Shown piece after piece: positions 1 to 12,909 of a stretch of 64,000 nucleotides of DNA (its first letter is position 1; each line of letters starts with the position of its first letter). Under the pieces are notes generated by a model, which did not search any database, was not told the origin of the DNA, and saw only the letters and a program-made list of their open reading frames with translations. A program made the translations under genes and the position numbers. The DNA comes from the human T2T-CHM13v2.0 reference genome, Homo sapiens. The stretch is taken from assembly GCF_009914755.1 (NCBI RefSeq), contig NC_060927.1. One strand, written 5' to 3'.

Positions 1-1509
1 AGACAAATAGGAGACATAAGTCTTTCCTCCATACTTCCTTTCCTCTGTTTATTGTCCTGATATCAGATTAGCTGCTGGAGTTTAAAAGCCTATTATTCTC
101 AAGATGTCTTTCAGACAATTTAACTCAATAGTTATAGGGCAAAAAATAATTCTCTCTCGGAGGTGGAAGGGAAGGGGAAACAGAGCACACACAACTTCTT
201 TCAGATAATTTTTTTCTTTAGAAGAAAATTAAAGTAACATAGGGGACTTCCAAGAACCAAGGGGCCCACAAATTACTGTTAGATTCGTGCTAGAAATCCA
301 GGCCAGATACTACAGGGCAAGATGATTATGGTTCCCAGTACTGTCCAAAGACAGTAATCTGTGAGTACCATGTCTTAGGTGCTATGTAACTATCCATCTT
401 GAATGGAGTGCCTGTGCTGGACAGCATGGACAAGTTAACCACTCTAGGACTCTGCTTCTACACAAACATGATAAGGAGGTTGGATTAGTTGCTCATTTGG
501 ATCTTTGGAAACTGCTATTCTAGTATGATGGCTTCATGTGCTAGGGCAAGTGGCCTGCTTCTGAAACTCAAAAATATTTGTTTTAGCAGGATAAGAAAAA
601 TGTGGATTATTTTCATCTTACTATTTAATAGTAGCAGAATGTCTGTGTGGTTCCATCTCTGCCTCAATAGTAAATGACAAATACTAATATAATCAAGTTG
701 ATTTGGGGTTCTCAATAAGCTCTCACAAGCTGGAACTGCCAACGAGATGCTTTAAAAATATTCCCTTTTGTATAGTGAAACAACTTTGGAAATTGTAACT
801 TAAGAATATGAGTATTTATTTATAGCCCACCTTTTGGCTGAGATTTGACATGACGTTTTTCTTTCAACAAAACTCTGAAGTGGCACACCATGATTTGTAA
901 TTTTATTTGGCTATTGTCTGCATATGCAGACAATTGAAATGCAGAAAGTTGAAAAATTATTCAAATTCTACCAAGTGTATTTACAGTTACTTTTCTGTGA
1001 CTCAGATTCCCTCCTTCAAAACATTTTAAAGTCTCCATATAGAATCAAGATTGGACTTTTCAGAGAAGGGAAAAAGTAAATGAAAGAGACCAAGTTTTTG
1101 TCTTTTCTCAGAGGATGATGAAGTAGATTTTAGAGTCTTAAACTACATTGAAGGGCTGGGTTGGCAATAAATCTCTACTTGCAACTTGAACTACTGAGTC
1201 TCCATAGATGTTTCAGACCTGTGTCTGACTGGCTCATAAGAATTAGGAATACTCTTCATAAGCATCTTAGAGTGGATCAGAATCAGATCATTACCCGAAA
1301 GGGAAAGGTAGTTTACTCCTGAGTCCTTACCTCATTACAATTTTTTCTTATCAACTGACCCAAATTTAGACTTTGCAGATAGAAATGACATGTATCCGAC
1401 AGCATATTAGCCTAAATGATTCAATATAAAGGTCAAACCTCACATAAAAGAAGAGTCCAATAAAGAAGTTTACAACATTCCCCAGAATTGCTCTTCTCAT
1501 TTAATTTAA

Positions 1510-1810
<301 letters not shown>

Positions 1811-2803
1811 TAATAAGATTTGCCCATCTTAAAATATTATTCTCAGCACTCTCTACTCTCTTGCTTCCCTCACATTCTTCCTCAGGCTCCTTCATTTTTT
1901 CTTTCTGCCTCCAGCAGCATCCTCTCTCATCCCTGCTTACATATCCACCTATAGAGTCCTTCCTCCCATCAAGCATGGCCTGCTTCCAGGTCCCATCTCT
2001 CAGGCTCTGAGAAATAGTGCTTTAACTTCTGCCAGCCCTTCTGGCATTTACTGTATAGATTTCTGTTCATGTTGCCCCTGCCCTGTGTTAAAACTATATA
2101 TGCTTATGTGTTTTCTTCTAGACTGTAAACTTGAAGACAGACGTGGTTGATGTTGACCTTTGTATTTATTGCATTATATTCTACATAATGGATATTCCAT
2201 AAATTTTTTGAATTGAATTCACTTGCATTTAGTCTTTCTTAATGTATAATTAATAATGTACACATATATGTCAATGATACGGGAAAATGAAGTAAAATGA
2301 AGGTTAAATGTAAAGAAGAAACAAGAGTAGAAACTTCAGAGATTATCAGTGTTCATTTTTTGCACTAGGATGCACAGTTAGGTTTCATTGCCTCAAACCT
2401 TAATTTCCAATAATAAATAATGTCATTCCCGAGAGAGGAGGAAAGAGGAAAACAACCGAAATTTGAGGAGTCAGGGATTATGCTTGCTGCTCTTTTTTTT
2501 TTTTTTGGAAGTAAAATATGTTTACTTGTTAAAATATTTGAGCCGAAATTATTTCACATGTGAACATAAAAAATAGATTTAAGACTATTCTCCATTTAGC
2601 AGAATTTGCTCTGAATTTCCCAAGTACCCCAGAACCTATAGAGGGAGTACTTTCTTATTTTAATATGTTTAATTGACAAATAAAAATTGCATATATTTAA
2701 GGTGTACAACATGGTGATTTGATATACATATATATTGTGTACCAATTACCAGAGTCAAGTTAATTAACACATTACCACCCATAGTTACCATTTTGTGTAT
2801 TTA

Positions 2804-3142
<339 letters not shown>

Positions 3143-3476
3143 ATCTGTTCTCTCATCAAATTTCAAGCAAACAATACAGCATTATTAACCATAGTTACTA
3201 TGCTGTACATTAGATACCTATAATTTATTATCTTATAAACTAAATATTTATACTCTTTGACTAACATCTTCCTATTTCCTTCACTCCCTAGGCCCTGGCA
3301 ACTATCGTTCTACTGTCTACTTCTATGGGTTTGATTTTTTTAGATGTTATGTATAAATGAGATCATGCCTTGTCTTTCTGTGTCTGGCTTATTTCACTTA
3401 GCATAATTTTTCTGCAGGTTGATCCATTGTTGTTGTAAGTGGTATGACTTCCTTTTTTAAGGCTGAGTAATATTCC

Positions 3477-3478
<2 letters not shown>

Positions 3479-3520
<42 letters not shown>
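3479..3520 (+). repeat. (TG)21 microsatellite
   Basis: Perfect TG dinucleotide run. Confidence 0.98.
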
Positions 3521-3523
<3 letters not shown>

Positions 3524-4099
3524 ATAATCACCTTTTCTTTATCCATTTATCCATTGATGGACTCTTAGGTACTTCCATAGTGTGGCTGTTGCGAATAATG
3601 CTGCAGTGAACATGAGAGTGCAGATACCTCTTTGACACACTGATTTCATTTGCTGTAGATATAAACCCAGAAGTGGGATTGATGGGTCATATGATAGTTC
3701 TATTTTTAATTTTTCGAGGAACCTCCATACTGTTTTCTATAATGGCTATACCAATTTACATTTCCACTAACAGTTGCACTTGGTACTTTAAGACAGGCAT
3801 TGCTATTCTCATTTTTCAGGGAGGTTGAGTCACTGCACAGCCTGCCACAGACAATAGAGCTGGGACCAGAATCTGGACTCAGGAGTGTGGGTTGCCAAAG
3901 GCCTAGCTCTTCTAATGTGCTGTACTGCCTTCCTAAGCAATGATGATGGTAAAATGTTTTTTTAAAAAAAAGATATGCAGACACACCACTGTCAAAGAAA
4001 GCCCAGTTTTCTTTTACAAGTTTGCTTCTATATTTCAGATGCCACTAATGCACTGTCAATCAGAAAAGGGCAGGATTTGTAAGTTCCAATCAACTTAGG

Positions 4100-4490
4100 G
4101 TCACCCTGAGGTCTTTCAACTTCCCTGTACCTAGAATGATCTTCCCCCTAGTAGCTGCGCCCTTATCCTGTCACTCCATCAGGTCTTTGCTCAAATGACA
4201 TCTGTCAGAAAGACTTGCTCTGACCATCCTGTGTAAATCAGCAGCCCCATCCCCACCCACCAAGCTTTCTGGCTCAACATACTGTATTTTTCCTCAGAGT
4301 ATGCATCCCCATCTGACACACCATGAGATATTTGTCTATTTGTGTGGTGCCAGTCTTCTGCTCACTAGAATGTAAGCAAGCTCTATGAGGGTAGGGAGTT
4401 TGCTCTGTTTGTTCACTGATGTATCCTCATTGTCCAGAGAGTGCCTGGCACATGGCCACCCCCAGTATGTATTTATTGAATGGATGAACA
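4100..4490 (+). mobile_element. L2 LINE 3' end fragment
   Basis: CACTAGAATGTAAGC..CTCTATGAGGGTAGGGA..GTTCACTGATGTATCC..GTGCCTGGCACAT..TATTTATTGAATGGATGAA. Confidence 0.8.
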
Positions 4491-6466
4491 AACACAGAAA
4501 AGACCATTCTACAGCTCACATAGATGATTCATAATTAATGCTATTGGCAGTTCCTCAATGACTAGAAAATTTGGAATATTTTTCTTCCCCCAATTTACAT
4601 TCCTGGTGTCCAGAAGATTCCTGCCTTTGCTCACCTTACCACTTCCCAAACTACTCCCTACAACTTCTCTCTTGTTTTTGCCATAGGTGACTTTTATCAC
4701 AAATCAACCATATAGACCTAGAATTGTTATTAATTGTGAAATTTCTTGCAGCAAATCATACGTGTCACCTACAGGCTCCCCAGGATCTTTGTAGTACTAC
4801 ACACAATTCAGCACACAACTTATAGATTAAAAAGAAAAACTTGTATTGCTGATTTCTTCACATTACCAAACTTGCCTACTCTGATAGCTTATGTTTGGAG
4901 CATTTATTAAGGGCCCTGTAAGTTAGATGCTGATAGAATAATATAATACACGGACACTCTTGTATTGCCTGCAGAGCTCTCAGTCCTAGTTTTGCAGATC
5001 AGATCTGCACCTGAAGCCACTCAAACACTTCACACCCAAAGCCAAGTGCTACAGAAGCCTCCGTGAAGAACAATGTAGAAGTGTTTGTAAAGGAGCAATA
5101 ACACTGCAAGGCAAGCATCAGAAATAGTAAAGGGGACTGAAAGAATAGAAAATAAAACAAAAAAAATCAAATTTTTTAAAATAAACATCGTTGGCCCATG
5201 CCACATCTTTTCTGGATTAAGCTAGATGGACATTTTGTGAAAGTTCATTTTGGAGAGTTTTTTGTTTTTGGCCCCAGTTCACCTACTCCAGCCCTCTTGC
5301 ATCTCTGTAAAGCCTCTCCTCTCTGTACCTTTTGCTTCACCATTCAGTGCATGAGTGTCTTCAACAAAAAACTTTTTGTTGAAAATTCTAGGATTTACCT
5401 TCTCATAATACAAATTCTCAAAGCTTTATAATGAGTCAGAAACTTTCCAAGCCTTCTAACAGAAAGAGCATTAAATCATTATTTAATTTTAAAACATATG
5501 GTTTACTGAATTCTTTATTGATTTTACAAACAAGATTATTTGGCTGACTGAGTATATGGGTGTGTATACTTTGCCCTCTCAAAACTGTCAAATTAGTCTG
5601 CACAGGAAGATGCACCCCTTATGTTTCAGTCATTCAAGTGCTCTTTATCTCTAACAGTCTGAGCTTCAACAGGGACTGTTTTATCCTCTTACTCATGTGA
5701 ATGTGAATAGGAAGTCTATACAGGTGCTGGTTTGAGTAATGGAATTTACGACAGACCCAGCCTCTGTTCTATCAAATTAAGGATACAGATGGCCCTTTGA
5801 ATACAACAACAACAAAAAAGTGAGGCAAGAGTAGAATCTGAAGGGACACCCATAAAACCAAGGTGACATAGGCATTTACTACACCAAAAAGAAAGGTTGT
5901 TTAGATTTGTTGCCAGAACGTAAAAAAAGAAAAATGTGTGTTCCTCATTTTCCTGGCTCTGCAGCTTATATTTTCAACATCTTTGTGAGGGCTTCTGTTG
6001 CCATTGCATTACTTTCTGGCTGTCTGGATGGGTTGCTCTGGTGTGGAGCGAGCATCCTCACAATGATCCCACACTGTCTGCAGGCCACTCCTGATCTTCC
6101 ACAATGTATTTCTGATGCCCACAAATGGCCATGGGCTTGTTTCTTCCCTGACGTAGCCTTGTCTACCGTGTGAGGGAGTGAGGTCCCACACACTGGATCT
6201 CAAAGAAGGTTCAAACATACACTTAAGCATTCCTGTGATAATTGCCAACCCATGGGGGACAGTAGGAGACTATAAATTGTCCTGTCTGGCTATGTCATTC
6301 CCTCATACTGCAGAGTAAAGCAAGACCTTGGGGAGGTAGAGGTTAGAAGCAGGGGCCTCAGAAGGTGACTGTGGAGTGTCCTCTTTCCCTGAGGTACCTC
6401 TATTTGCCTCCTTTGTCTGTAGCCCTCTCAATTTAATCTCAATATTCTGGCTCCCAGGGAAAGCTG

Positions 6467-6467
<1 letters not shown>

Positions 6468-6505
<38 letters not shown>

Positions 6506-6738
6506 AGATAGGGTCTCACTCTGTCACCCAGGCTGGAGTGCGAATGGCATAATCGTAGCTCACTGCAGCTCAAACTAAATCCTGGACTCAAGGAATCCTC
6601 CTATCTTAGTCTACCAAGTTGATGGGACTACAGGCAAGTACCACCACACCCAGCTAGTTTTTAAAAAGATTTTTTTTTTGTAGAGATGAAATCTCACTAT
6701 GTTGCCCAGACTCATCTGTAATTCCTGTTCTCAAGCAG
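6468..6738 (-). mobile_element. Alu SINE (AluJ-like), 5'-truncated, with a pure A37 tail
   Basis: T-run 6468-6504 followed by GAGATAGGGTCTCACTCTGTCACCCAGGCTGGAGTG..ATCGTAGCTCACTGCAGC..TCTCACTATGTTGCCCAG; flanks GAAAGCTGC / GAAATCTGC resemble a TSD. Confidence 0.92.
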
Positions 6739-7469
6739 AAATCTGCATTTTTAACCAACACTTCAATAGGTTCTAAGGCAGAGACTTCAAGGAGAATGCC
6801 TGCTACGTTCAAAAAGCACCAGCCTACATAGTAAAGCCGAGTCCCTTAGCGTGGTATTGGTGAATTTTTCCAGCTCCCTCTTCTGCTCCTCTCCTGCACC
6901 CACTTCACTTAACCCACAACTCCCTGCAATTAACATTTGGCCAAAACTGAACTCTTAACATTTTCTGAACACACGGAGTTACATCAAAATTCAGAGCTTT
7001 TGCACCGACTACAATGGCCTGTTTTCATCTTCAGGCCTTGCAAAGTCCTGCTTATTTTGAAAGAGGCAGTGTGGAGCCACTTTATCTGATAATGCCCTAT
7101 GGCTCCCTTCCTGCTCTTTTATGCACCCTCTGTCTTCTTTCTCAAGCCATAATTCCTCCTCTCTCCCTCTGTGGGGTTAATTCGCTTACACTTCTCATTG
7201 TCCTTATCATACTCAATGGAAAAACCAAATCACCTCCTCCTTAAAGTTTTTGCAGATTTTGTGAGATATGCTGTTTCTTAAATATCCATGATGTTTTCTT
7301 AACCTGCCTTATGTCACCTGTCACATTCTATCTTAAAATTAATGGTATATGTTAATAATATTTACTGTTAATAATGTGCTAATTATGTAATGTACTATTA
7401 TGTAGTACCACTAATAAAATTAATAGCACATATTGATAGTACATAGTACATATATGTACATATATATAG

Positions 7470-7700
7470 CACTTGATATGTGTCAGACCCTATTCTAAGC
7501 ACTTTTCATAATTAACACACTTAAGCCTCATATCAACTTTTGGAAGTGTCACTATTACCCCCCATTTTGCAGGTGAGGAAATTAAAAACAGAAGGGCTAA
7601 GTGGCTTACAAAGTCACACCACTACTAAGTGGCTAAGCCATAGTTCAAACCTGGTTAGTCTTGTTCCAGAGACCATGCTCCTAACTGTTACTCTACATAG
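7470..7700 (-). mobile_element. MIR SINE
   Basis: MIR core CCCCATTTTGCAGGTGAGGAAATTAAAAACAGAAGGGCTAAGTGGCTT..GTCACAC. Confidence 0.75.
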
Positions 7701-7868
7701 CTCCTTTGTGTTTTTGGAGTTGTTTATGTACTTAACACGACTTTTTTTTCTTCCCTCTTGGCATCCTGTGGCTCCTGGAACATGGTGAGCACTCTTCAAA
7801 CACTTGAGGAGTGAAACTACATGGGAAGAGTTTTTTTAGGAGGTCATAGAATTCTCACGTTTGGGAAC

Positions 7869-8233
7869 TGACATGATTTGACTCTGTGTCCCCACCCAAA
7901 TCTCATCTTGAATTGTAATCCCCACATGTCAGAAGAGGGGCCTAATGGGAGGTGATTAGATTATGGGGATGGATTTCCCCTTTGCTGTTCTCGTGATAGT
8001 GAGTGGGTTCTCATGAGATCTGATGGTTTAAAAGTGTGGCACTTCCCCTTTCAATCTCTCTCTCCTGTTGCCATGTAAGATGTGCCTTGCTTCCCCTTTG
8101 CCTTCCGTCATGTTTGTAAGTTTTCTGGGGCCTCCCCAGTCATGTGAAACTGTAAGTCAATTAAACCTCTTTTCTTTATAAATGACCCAGTCCCAGGTAT
8201 GTTTTTATAGCAATAGGAGAACGGACTAATACA
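7869..8233 (+). mobile_element. MaLR solo LTR (MSTA-like)
   Basis: TGACATGATTTGACTCTGTGTCCCCACCCAAATCTCATCTTGAATTGTAATCCCCA...GGACTAATACA; TG...CA termini; perfect 5-bp TSD GGAAC (7864-7868, 8234-8238). Confidence 0.93.
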
Positions 8234-8754
8234 GGAACCCTTAGGGAAAAAACTTCATTATATCTGAAACTGAAATTTCTGGTGATGGTAAAGGGCAAAG
8301 CATAAATCCGTACTGGAAGTTAGCATTTTCTCATGATTCTTCTTCTCTTGCATACCTTTCCAAGTAGTTTTCATTTTCATTTGTTTTACATTTTCTTAAG
8401 ATATGTTCACACTTATATTTTAAACTATGGAAAGAAAAAGATCACTTGCAAATGCCAACTGGGAAGAGTGTTTATTTTAAACAATGCTGTTCCGGTGCAC
8501 CAGCTGCTGTTGCTATGCTTGCATATTGGTTGCTAGGGGTAGTGAGGAGAATTAAGCCTGTGATGTCAAGGTGACAAGTTGCTTCAACCCTATGTTCTAT
8601 TGGCTAGGATTTTTCTGAGATGAGGAAATCTCAGTCCTGAGCAATTAGCAAAGTACTTGGTTTCAACTTGCAGAAATAACTCATATTGCAATAAGTTTAT
8701 TGTAATCTAGTAGTTTTCTAAGGGTAGAAGAAACTCGGAAAGTAAATATAGTAC

Positions 8755-8853
8755 CTGGGATTTTAGGATTCAGAATTTGGACAAGATTTTTTAAAAGTTT
8801 ACATTTCCCCCAAGGGATAATTAAACCATTACAGAAAGTTAATATCAGTGCTG
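8755..8853 (+). repeat. Source copy of a ~100-bp local direct duplication (partner 10663-10757)
   Basis: CTGGGATTTTAGGATTCAGAATTTGGACAAGA...ATTAAACCATTACAGAAAGTTA aligns to 10663-10757 at about 85% by eye. Confidence 0.9.
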
Positions 8854-9119
8854 TAAAATGAGAAAAGGAAAACCTGCCTTTAATGCCAGGGTATGTTATC
8901 TGTCCAAAAGGGGATTTATTTAAATATGTCAGTTGCCATATCAACACTGGAAAAGAGACTTCACTATTTTCGAAATTATCCCACTATGAAAGTAGGTTTG
9001 TAGATTCGAGTTTATACAGAAAATATTTGTGTGTGCATAATGTTGCCTGGAATTTACATTCAAACTGATTAAAAATTCCTTAAGCACCTGCTACAAGTAA
9101 AACATTGTCTTAGGAATGC

Positions 9120-9232
9120 AGAGTGATCCAACCATCCCAGTTTGCTTGGAGCTGCCCCAGTTTTGGTACTGAAAAATCTCATGTCCTGGGAAACCCCTCA
9201 GTCCTGGGCAAACTGAGACCGGTGGTTATCAT
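9120..9232. mobile_element. MER81-like hAT MITE
   Basis: AGAGTGATCCAACCATCCCAGTTTGC...CCTGGGAAACCCCTCAGTCCTGGGCAAACTGAGACCGGTGGTTATC, with degenerate terminal inverted repeats. Confidence 0.75.
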
Positions 9233-9646
9233 ACAAAGAGAAAACCAAATAAGACTAAAATTATGTCCAAACACTTTCATTGTGGCTAGGAACACAAGTT
9301 GAACACCCTAATAAGGAACACAAATAATAAAAGCTTGCATTATTGAGTGCTTATATGAGGTAAGTATTATACTATTATCTCCATTTTAAAGATAAGCAAA
9401 CTGAGACATAGTAAGGGTAAATAAGTTAGTTAGTGAAGGCACCAGAATTTAAACCCAGAAAGTTTGGTTTTAGAGCATACACTACAATCAGCACTGTATG
9501 GAAAGATATCTAAGAGCAGAGACAGGCAGAGATGGGAGCACTGGGGAAGACATCATGGAGGGGCTAGATGGCTACATCTTGGCTTTAAAAAGTGAGCAAA
9601 AGTAAGAGTTAGAAAGGAGATGAAAGTATCATTTATAAATGGGAAA

Positions 9647-9696
9647 ATCACACAAGCAGTGGTCTGTAGTGATCACACAAGCAGTGGACTGGAGTG
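9647..9696 (+). repeat. 25-bp tandem duplication
   Basis: ATCACACAAGCAGTGGTCTGTAGTG / ATCACACAAGCAGTGGACTGGAGTG (2 mismatches). Confidence 0.9.
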
Positions 9697-9801
9697 AAGA
9701 ATGGGCTGAACCTTCTTTTTCCAGAGGCAGAAAGGAGTAAGTTTTAGGGAAAAGGTTGGAGCCCTTTTCCCTAATAGGGGGGTACTGGTACAAATGAATG
9801 T

Positions 9802-9931
9802 AAAGAGAGAGAGAAAGAGAGAGAGAGAGAAGAACAAAGAAAAGAAAAGAAAGAGAAAGAAAAGAATAGAGAGGGAGAGGGAAGAAGGGAGGGAAGGAGG
9901 GAAGGGAGGAAGGAAGGAAGGGAGGGAGAAG
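9802..9931 (+). repeat. Polypurine low-complexity tract, (GA)n/(GAAA)n/(GGAA)n
   Basis: About 130 nt of almost pure A/G. Confidence 0.92.
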
Positions 9932-10217
9932 CTTTCCTAGGAGAGATTTAACCTCTTGGGTCACAGACAAGGTCACCTACTGAGCGGTGGATTGAGAGCT
10001 AGGGGAAAGCTGTGAAGGTTTACAAGCTCCTTTCTTGAGCTGTTTTAGGAAATCCACAGGTGTCCAACAAGAGGATTCCTGAGCAGTAGGAGGGAGTTGA
10101 AATTGCACAGTAATAATTTTTAATTCAAAAATAACATAGCCATATTATAAGAAATTCTGGAAAATGGAGAAATCTTCCATAAAGTATGCTATAATTTTGG
10201 ATTTTTACCATATGTTT

Positions 10218-10524
10218 GTTTCTTTTTTTCTTTTTCTTTTATTATTATACTTTAAGTTTTAGGGTACATGTGCACATTGTGCAGGTTAGTTACGTATGTA
10301 TACATGTGCCACGCTGTTGCGCTGCACCCACTAACTCGTCATCTAGCATTAGGTATATCTCCCAATGCTATCCCTCCCCCCTCCCCCAACCCCACAGCAG
10401 GCCCCAGAGTGCGATGTTCCCCTTCCTGTGTCCATGTGATCTCATTGTTCAGTTCCCACCTATGAGTGAGAATATACTGTGTTTGGTTTTTTGTTCTTGC
10501 GATAGTTTACTGAGAATGATGATT
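10218..10524 (-). mobile_element. Young L1 3' end (L1PA2-like), 5'-truncated
   Basis: TTATTATACTTTAAGTTTTAGGGTACATGTGCACATTGTGCAGG..CTAACTCGTCATCTAGC (GAG variant)..TTTACTGAGAATGATG; no clear TSD. Confidence 0.93.
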
Positions 10525-10662
10525 CTTTCACACCTAAAATCATAGTGTACTTATAGATCCAAATCATGCATTTGTTTTTTACTTAATTTATTACTATAAG
10601 TATTTTCCATGTTATTGCATAGTCTTTATAACCATCATTTTAAAGACCAGTTAATACATTAT

Positions 10663-10757
10663 CTGGGGTTTTAAGATTCAGAATTTGGACAAGAGTTTTA
10701 AAACTTTACAGCTCTCCAAGGATGATTAAACCATTACAGAAGGTTATATCCGTGTTG
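10663..10757 (+). repeat. Inserted copy of 8755-8853 inside an old L1M-like remnant
   Basis: Direct similarity to 8755-8853; flanks (TATTTTCCATGTTATT..CCATCATTTTAA / CCATAATTTCCTTAATCATT) read as continuous degraded antisense L1ME. Confidence 0.85.
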
Positions 10758-11199
10758 GGTATCTATCCTGGGTATAGTCCATAATTTCCTTAATCATTAT
10801 ACTTCGTTAATATTTCTAACGTTTTCCTTCCATAAATGAAGCTAGAATGACATCTTCAGGCTTATATTTTTCCCACAATCCAGCTAGCTCTCATATGGGT
10901 CTTATATTTTGTCTTTTCTTAGCTTCCATGTGGCTATGAATAAGATTCATTTTTCACATAAACATACACATGCTAACATATCCAAGTGTGTGTTGTCTCC
11001 TTTAAAGAAGCAAAAAGTGTTTCCTCGGAGAAGCATTTACTTATCTTGCTGGCATTTTTAATGACTTTGAATGTTTGGATCTGTTTTCTTCTTTGTAATG
11101 CCTTCAGATATATCTTTGCCACCTGGGAATATTGGCCTGTGTCTTGTCTATATCCTCAATTCTCATTATTTAGCCACATCACTTCCTGCCTTAGAGGAC

Positions 11200-12010
11200 T
11201 TAGCATTAAATAACATTGGGTTTGACCAAAATCTTTATTACCACCCAGACTTTCACCTCAGAAATCCCTGCCTCTGTTCCAAGCTTCTGACAATAGCCCA
11301 TACACACCCTTGTGTCTCTCTCAAACCCCGATCCCTCCCTGCTGCTGATGGAGCTCATAGAGATCTCTTCTTCCCATTTTTTTTCAAATCTTTAAACCAG
11401 CTCTTAACTTCCCAGCTTTTCCCTCTTATGCCTGTGACTTCCTTCATCCCCTCTTCCAGCAGCCCCCTGTCCTGCCTCACCTTTCTACTGCCCTGTCCTA
11501 CCAATGCTCACCCTGGGCCAGTTCACCTGCATGCAGTCTCCACCCCCACACCTGGCCCAGAGCCCTGCTGGGTCCAGTAGCAGGGGATACCTCACAAATG
11601 TGGCCTCCCATCCAAGCTGTGTCCTCAGGCTTCTCAGCAGCCTTTCCCTCTCAGGGACTTCCCCAGTCTCCCATGTCCCTGACTACCTGTATTCTTCAGC
11701 TCTTGGCTCTTGAACAGTAACTCCTTTGTTATCTCAGAGAAAACAGAGGCTGACAGGTGTGAACTTCTTGATCTTCCCACTCCATACCTGTAAATTTGTC
11801 TTTCTTTAAATCCTGCCTTTCTTTCTTCTTCTTTTTCTCAGAGAAAGTATTGCTCCTTTTTCTGTCTAAAGCGAATCCTTTTACTTTCCACTGATACTGT
11901 CCCATTCAGATTCCTCTGAGACCATGTCCCATCAATAATAAGTTCTCTTTCATTTCCACTGGTTCCTTCTTTCAACATGGAGATACACTTAAGACTCTCC
12001 CATCTTAAGG
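11200..12010 (+). mobile_element. Degraded internal L2 (ORF2 region) fragment
   Basis: C/T-rich; ATCTCAGAGAAAACAGAGGCTGACAGGTGTGAACTTC, CCACTGGTTCCTTC and TCTCCCATCTTAA resemble L2 internal motifs. Confidence 0.55.
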
Positions 12011-12558
12011 GAGAAAGGAAGACAGAGTTATAATAAGTGCCTACTGTATGTTGGTTACTTGAGAATATATTATCTTATATAATCCTCATAACAGGTTTAT
12101 TAGTTAGGTGTTATTATCTTTATTCTTTGATTTAGATAAGAAAACCAAGATTCAGGGAGGTTAAATGGACCAAAGTTTTAAGTTAGTAAGTGGCAGAGCC
12201 AGAATTGAAACTGACTTGGTCTAATGGCAAAACCATGAATGCTGCCCTATTAGCCCACTCCAATTTCACTTGTCTTTCCCTTCACAATCATATTTCTTAA
12301 TAGAGTAACAAATCACTTAAGTTCTACTTCAACCTGATTTGCTAATGAGTTGTCTCTGTGGGATTGTTTAAGATGTATCTACACACTGAATATGGAACCA
12401 GGAGCTTCTTACCCAACCTAGATAGCACTTGATTGGTCAGCAATGCAGAAAGAAACCTTGCTGACCAGGTTTCTTTGGCTACCCACTTGACTTGTGGATA
12501 TTAATCACCATCTGCAGTAACTTTTTCCACAGGAAGGGTAATACTATATACATGAATA

Positions 12559-12838
12559 ATAACAGTCAGTGGTATGATGATGAATGTTTAACAACTGCTC
12601 TCTGAATAAAGATCTTTGATTAGTAGTGTTTGCCAATTTCTATAGTGAAATACTCCCACCATGAGGAGTATTTAATAATGCCTATGTTTAATAACAGTCA
12701 GTGGTATGATGATGAATGTTTAACAACTGCTCTCTGAATAAAGATCTTTGATTAGTAGTGTTTGCCAATTTCTATAGTGAAATACTCCCACCATGAGGAG
12801 TATTTAATAATGCCTATGTTTAATAATGCCTATGTTTA
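12559..12838 (+). repeat. Perfect 132-bp tandem duplication plus an extra 16-bp unit
   Basis: 12559-12690 is identical to 12691-12822; ATAATGCCTATGTTTA is repeated again at 12823-12838. Confidence 0.97.
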
Positions 12839-12909
12839 ATAACTTTCTTGTAAAATCCTAAAAATTTAACAATCACAAGACTTTCTGAGCTGGTTCCAGT
12901 ACACCATTG
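12567..12909. mobile_element. MER63-like hAT element, internally deleted and partly duplicated
   Basis: CAGTGGT..AATGTTTAACAACTGCTCTCT..TTTGCCAATTTC..AAATACTCCCACCATG and terminus AAAATTTAACAATC..GAGCTGGTTCCAGTACACCATTG. Confidence 0.75.

Noticed and set aside
5907-6248. Three overlapping ORFs in moderately GC-rich unique sequence after an acceptor-like CTCTGCAG
   Set aside because: No recognisable protein motif in any frame and no convincing donor site; lengths are within chance range.
11071-11580. 169-aa ORF, one of the longest outside the L1 and ERV elements
   Set aside because: It starts at a non-ATG codon (TTG) and is Pro/Ser/Leu-rich, typical of C/T-rich degraded L2 sequence; no domain is recognisable.
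12575-12605. ATGATGA...CTGA resembling snoRNA box C and box D
   Set aside because: The boxes are only about 30 nt apart, there is no terminal stem, and the site is inside a MER63 fossil.
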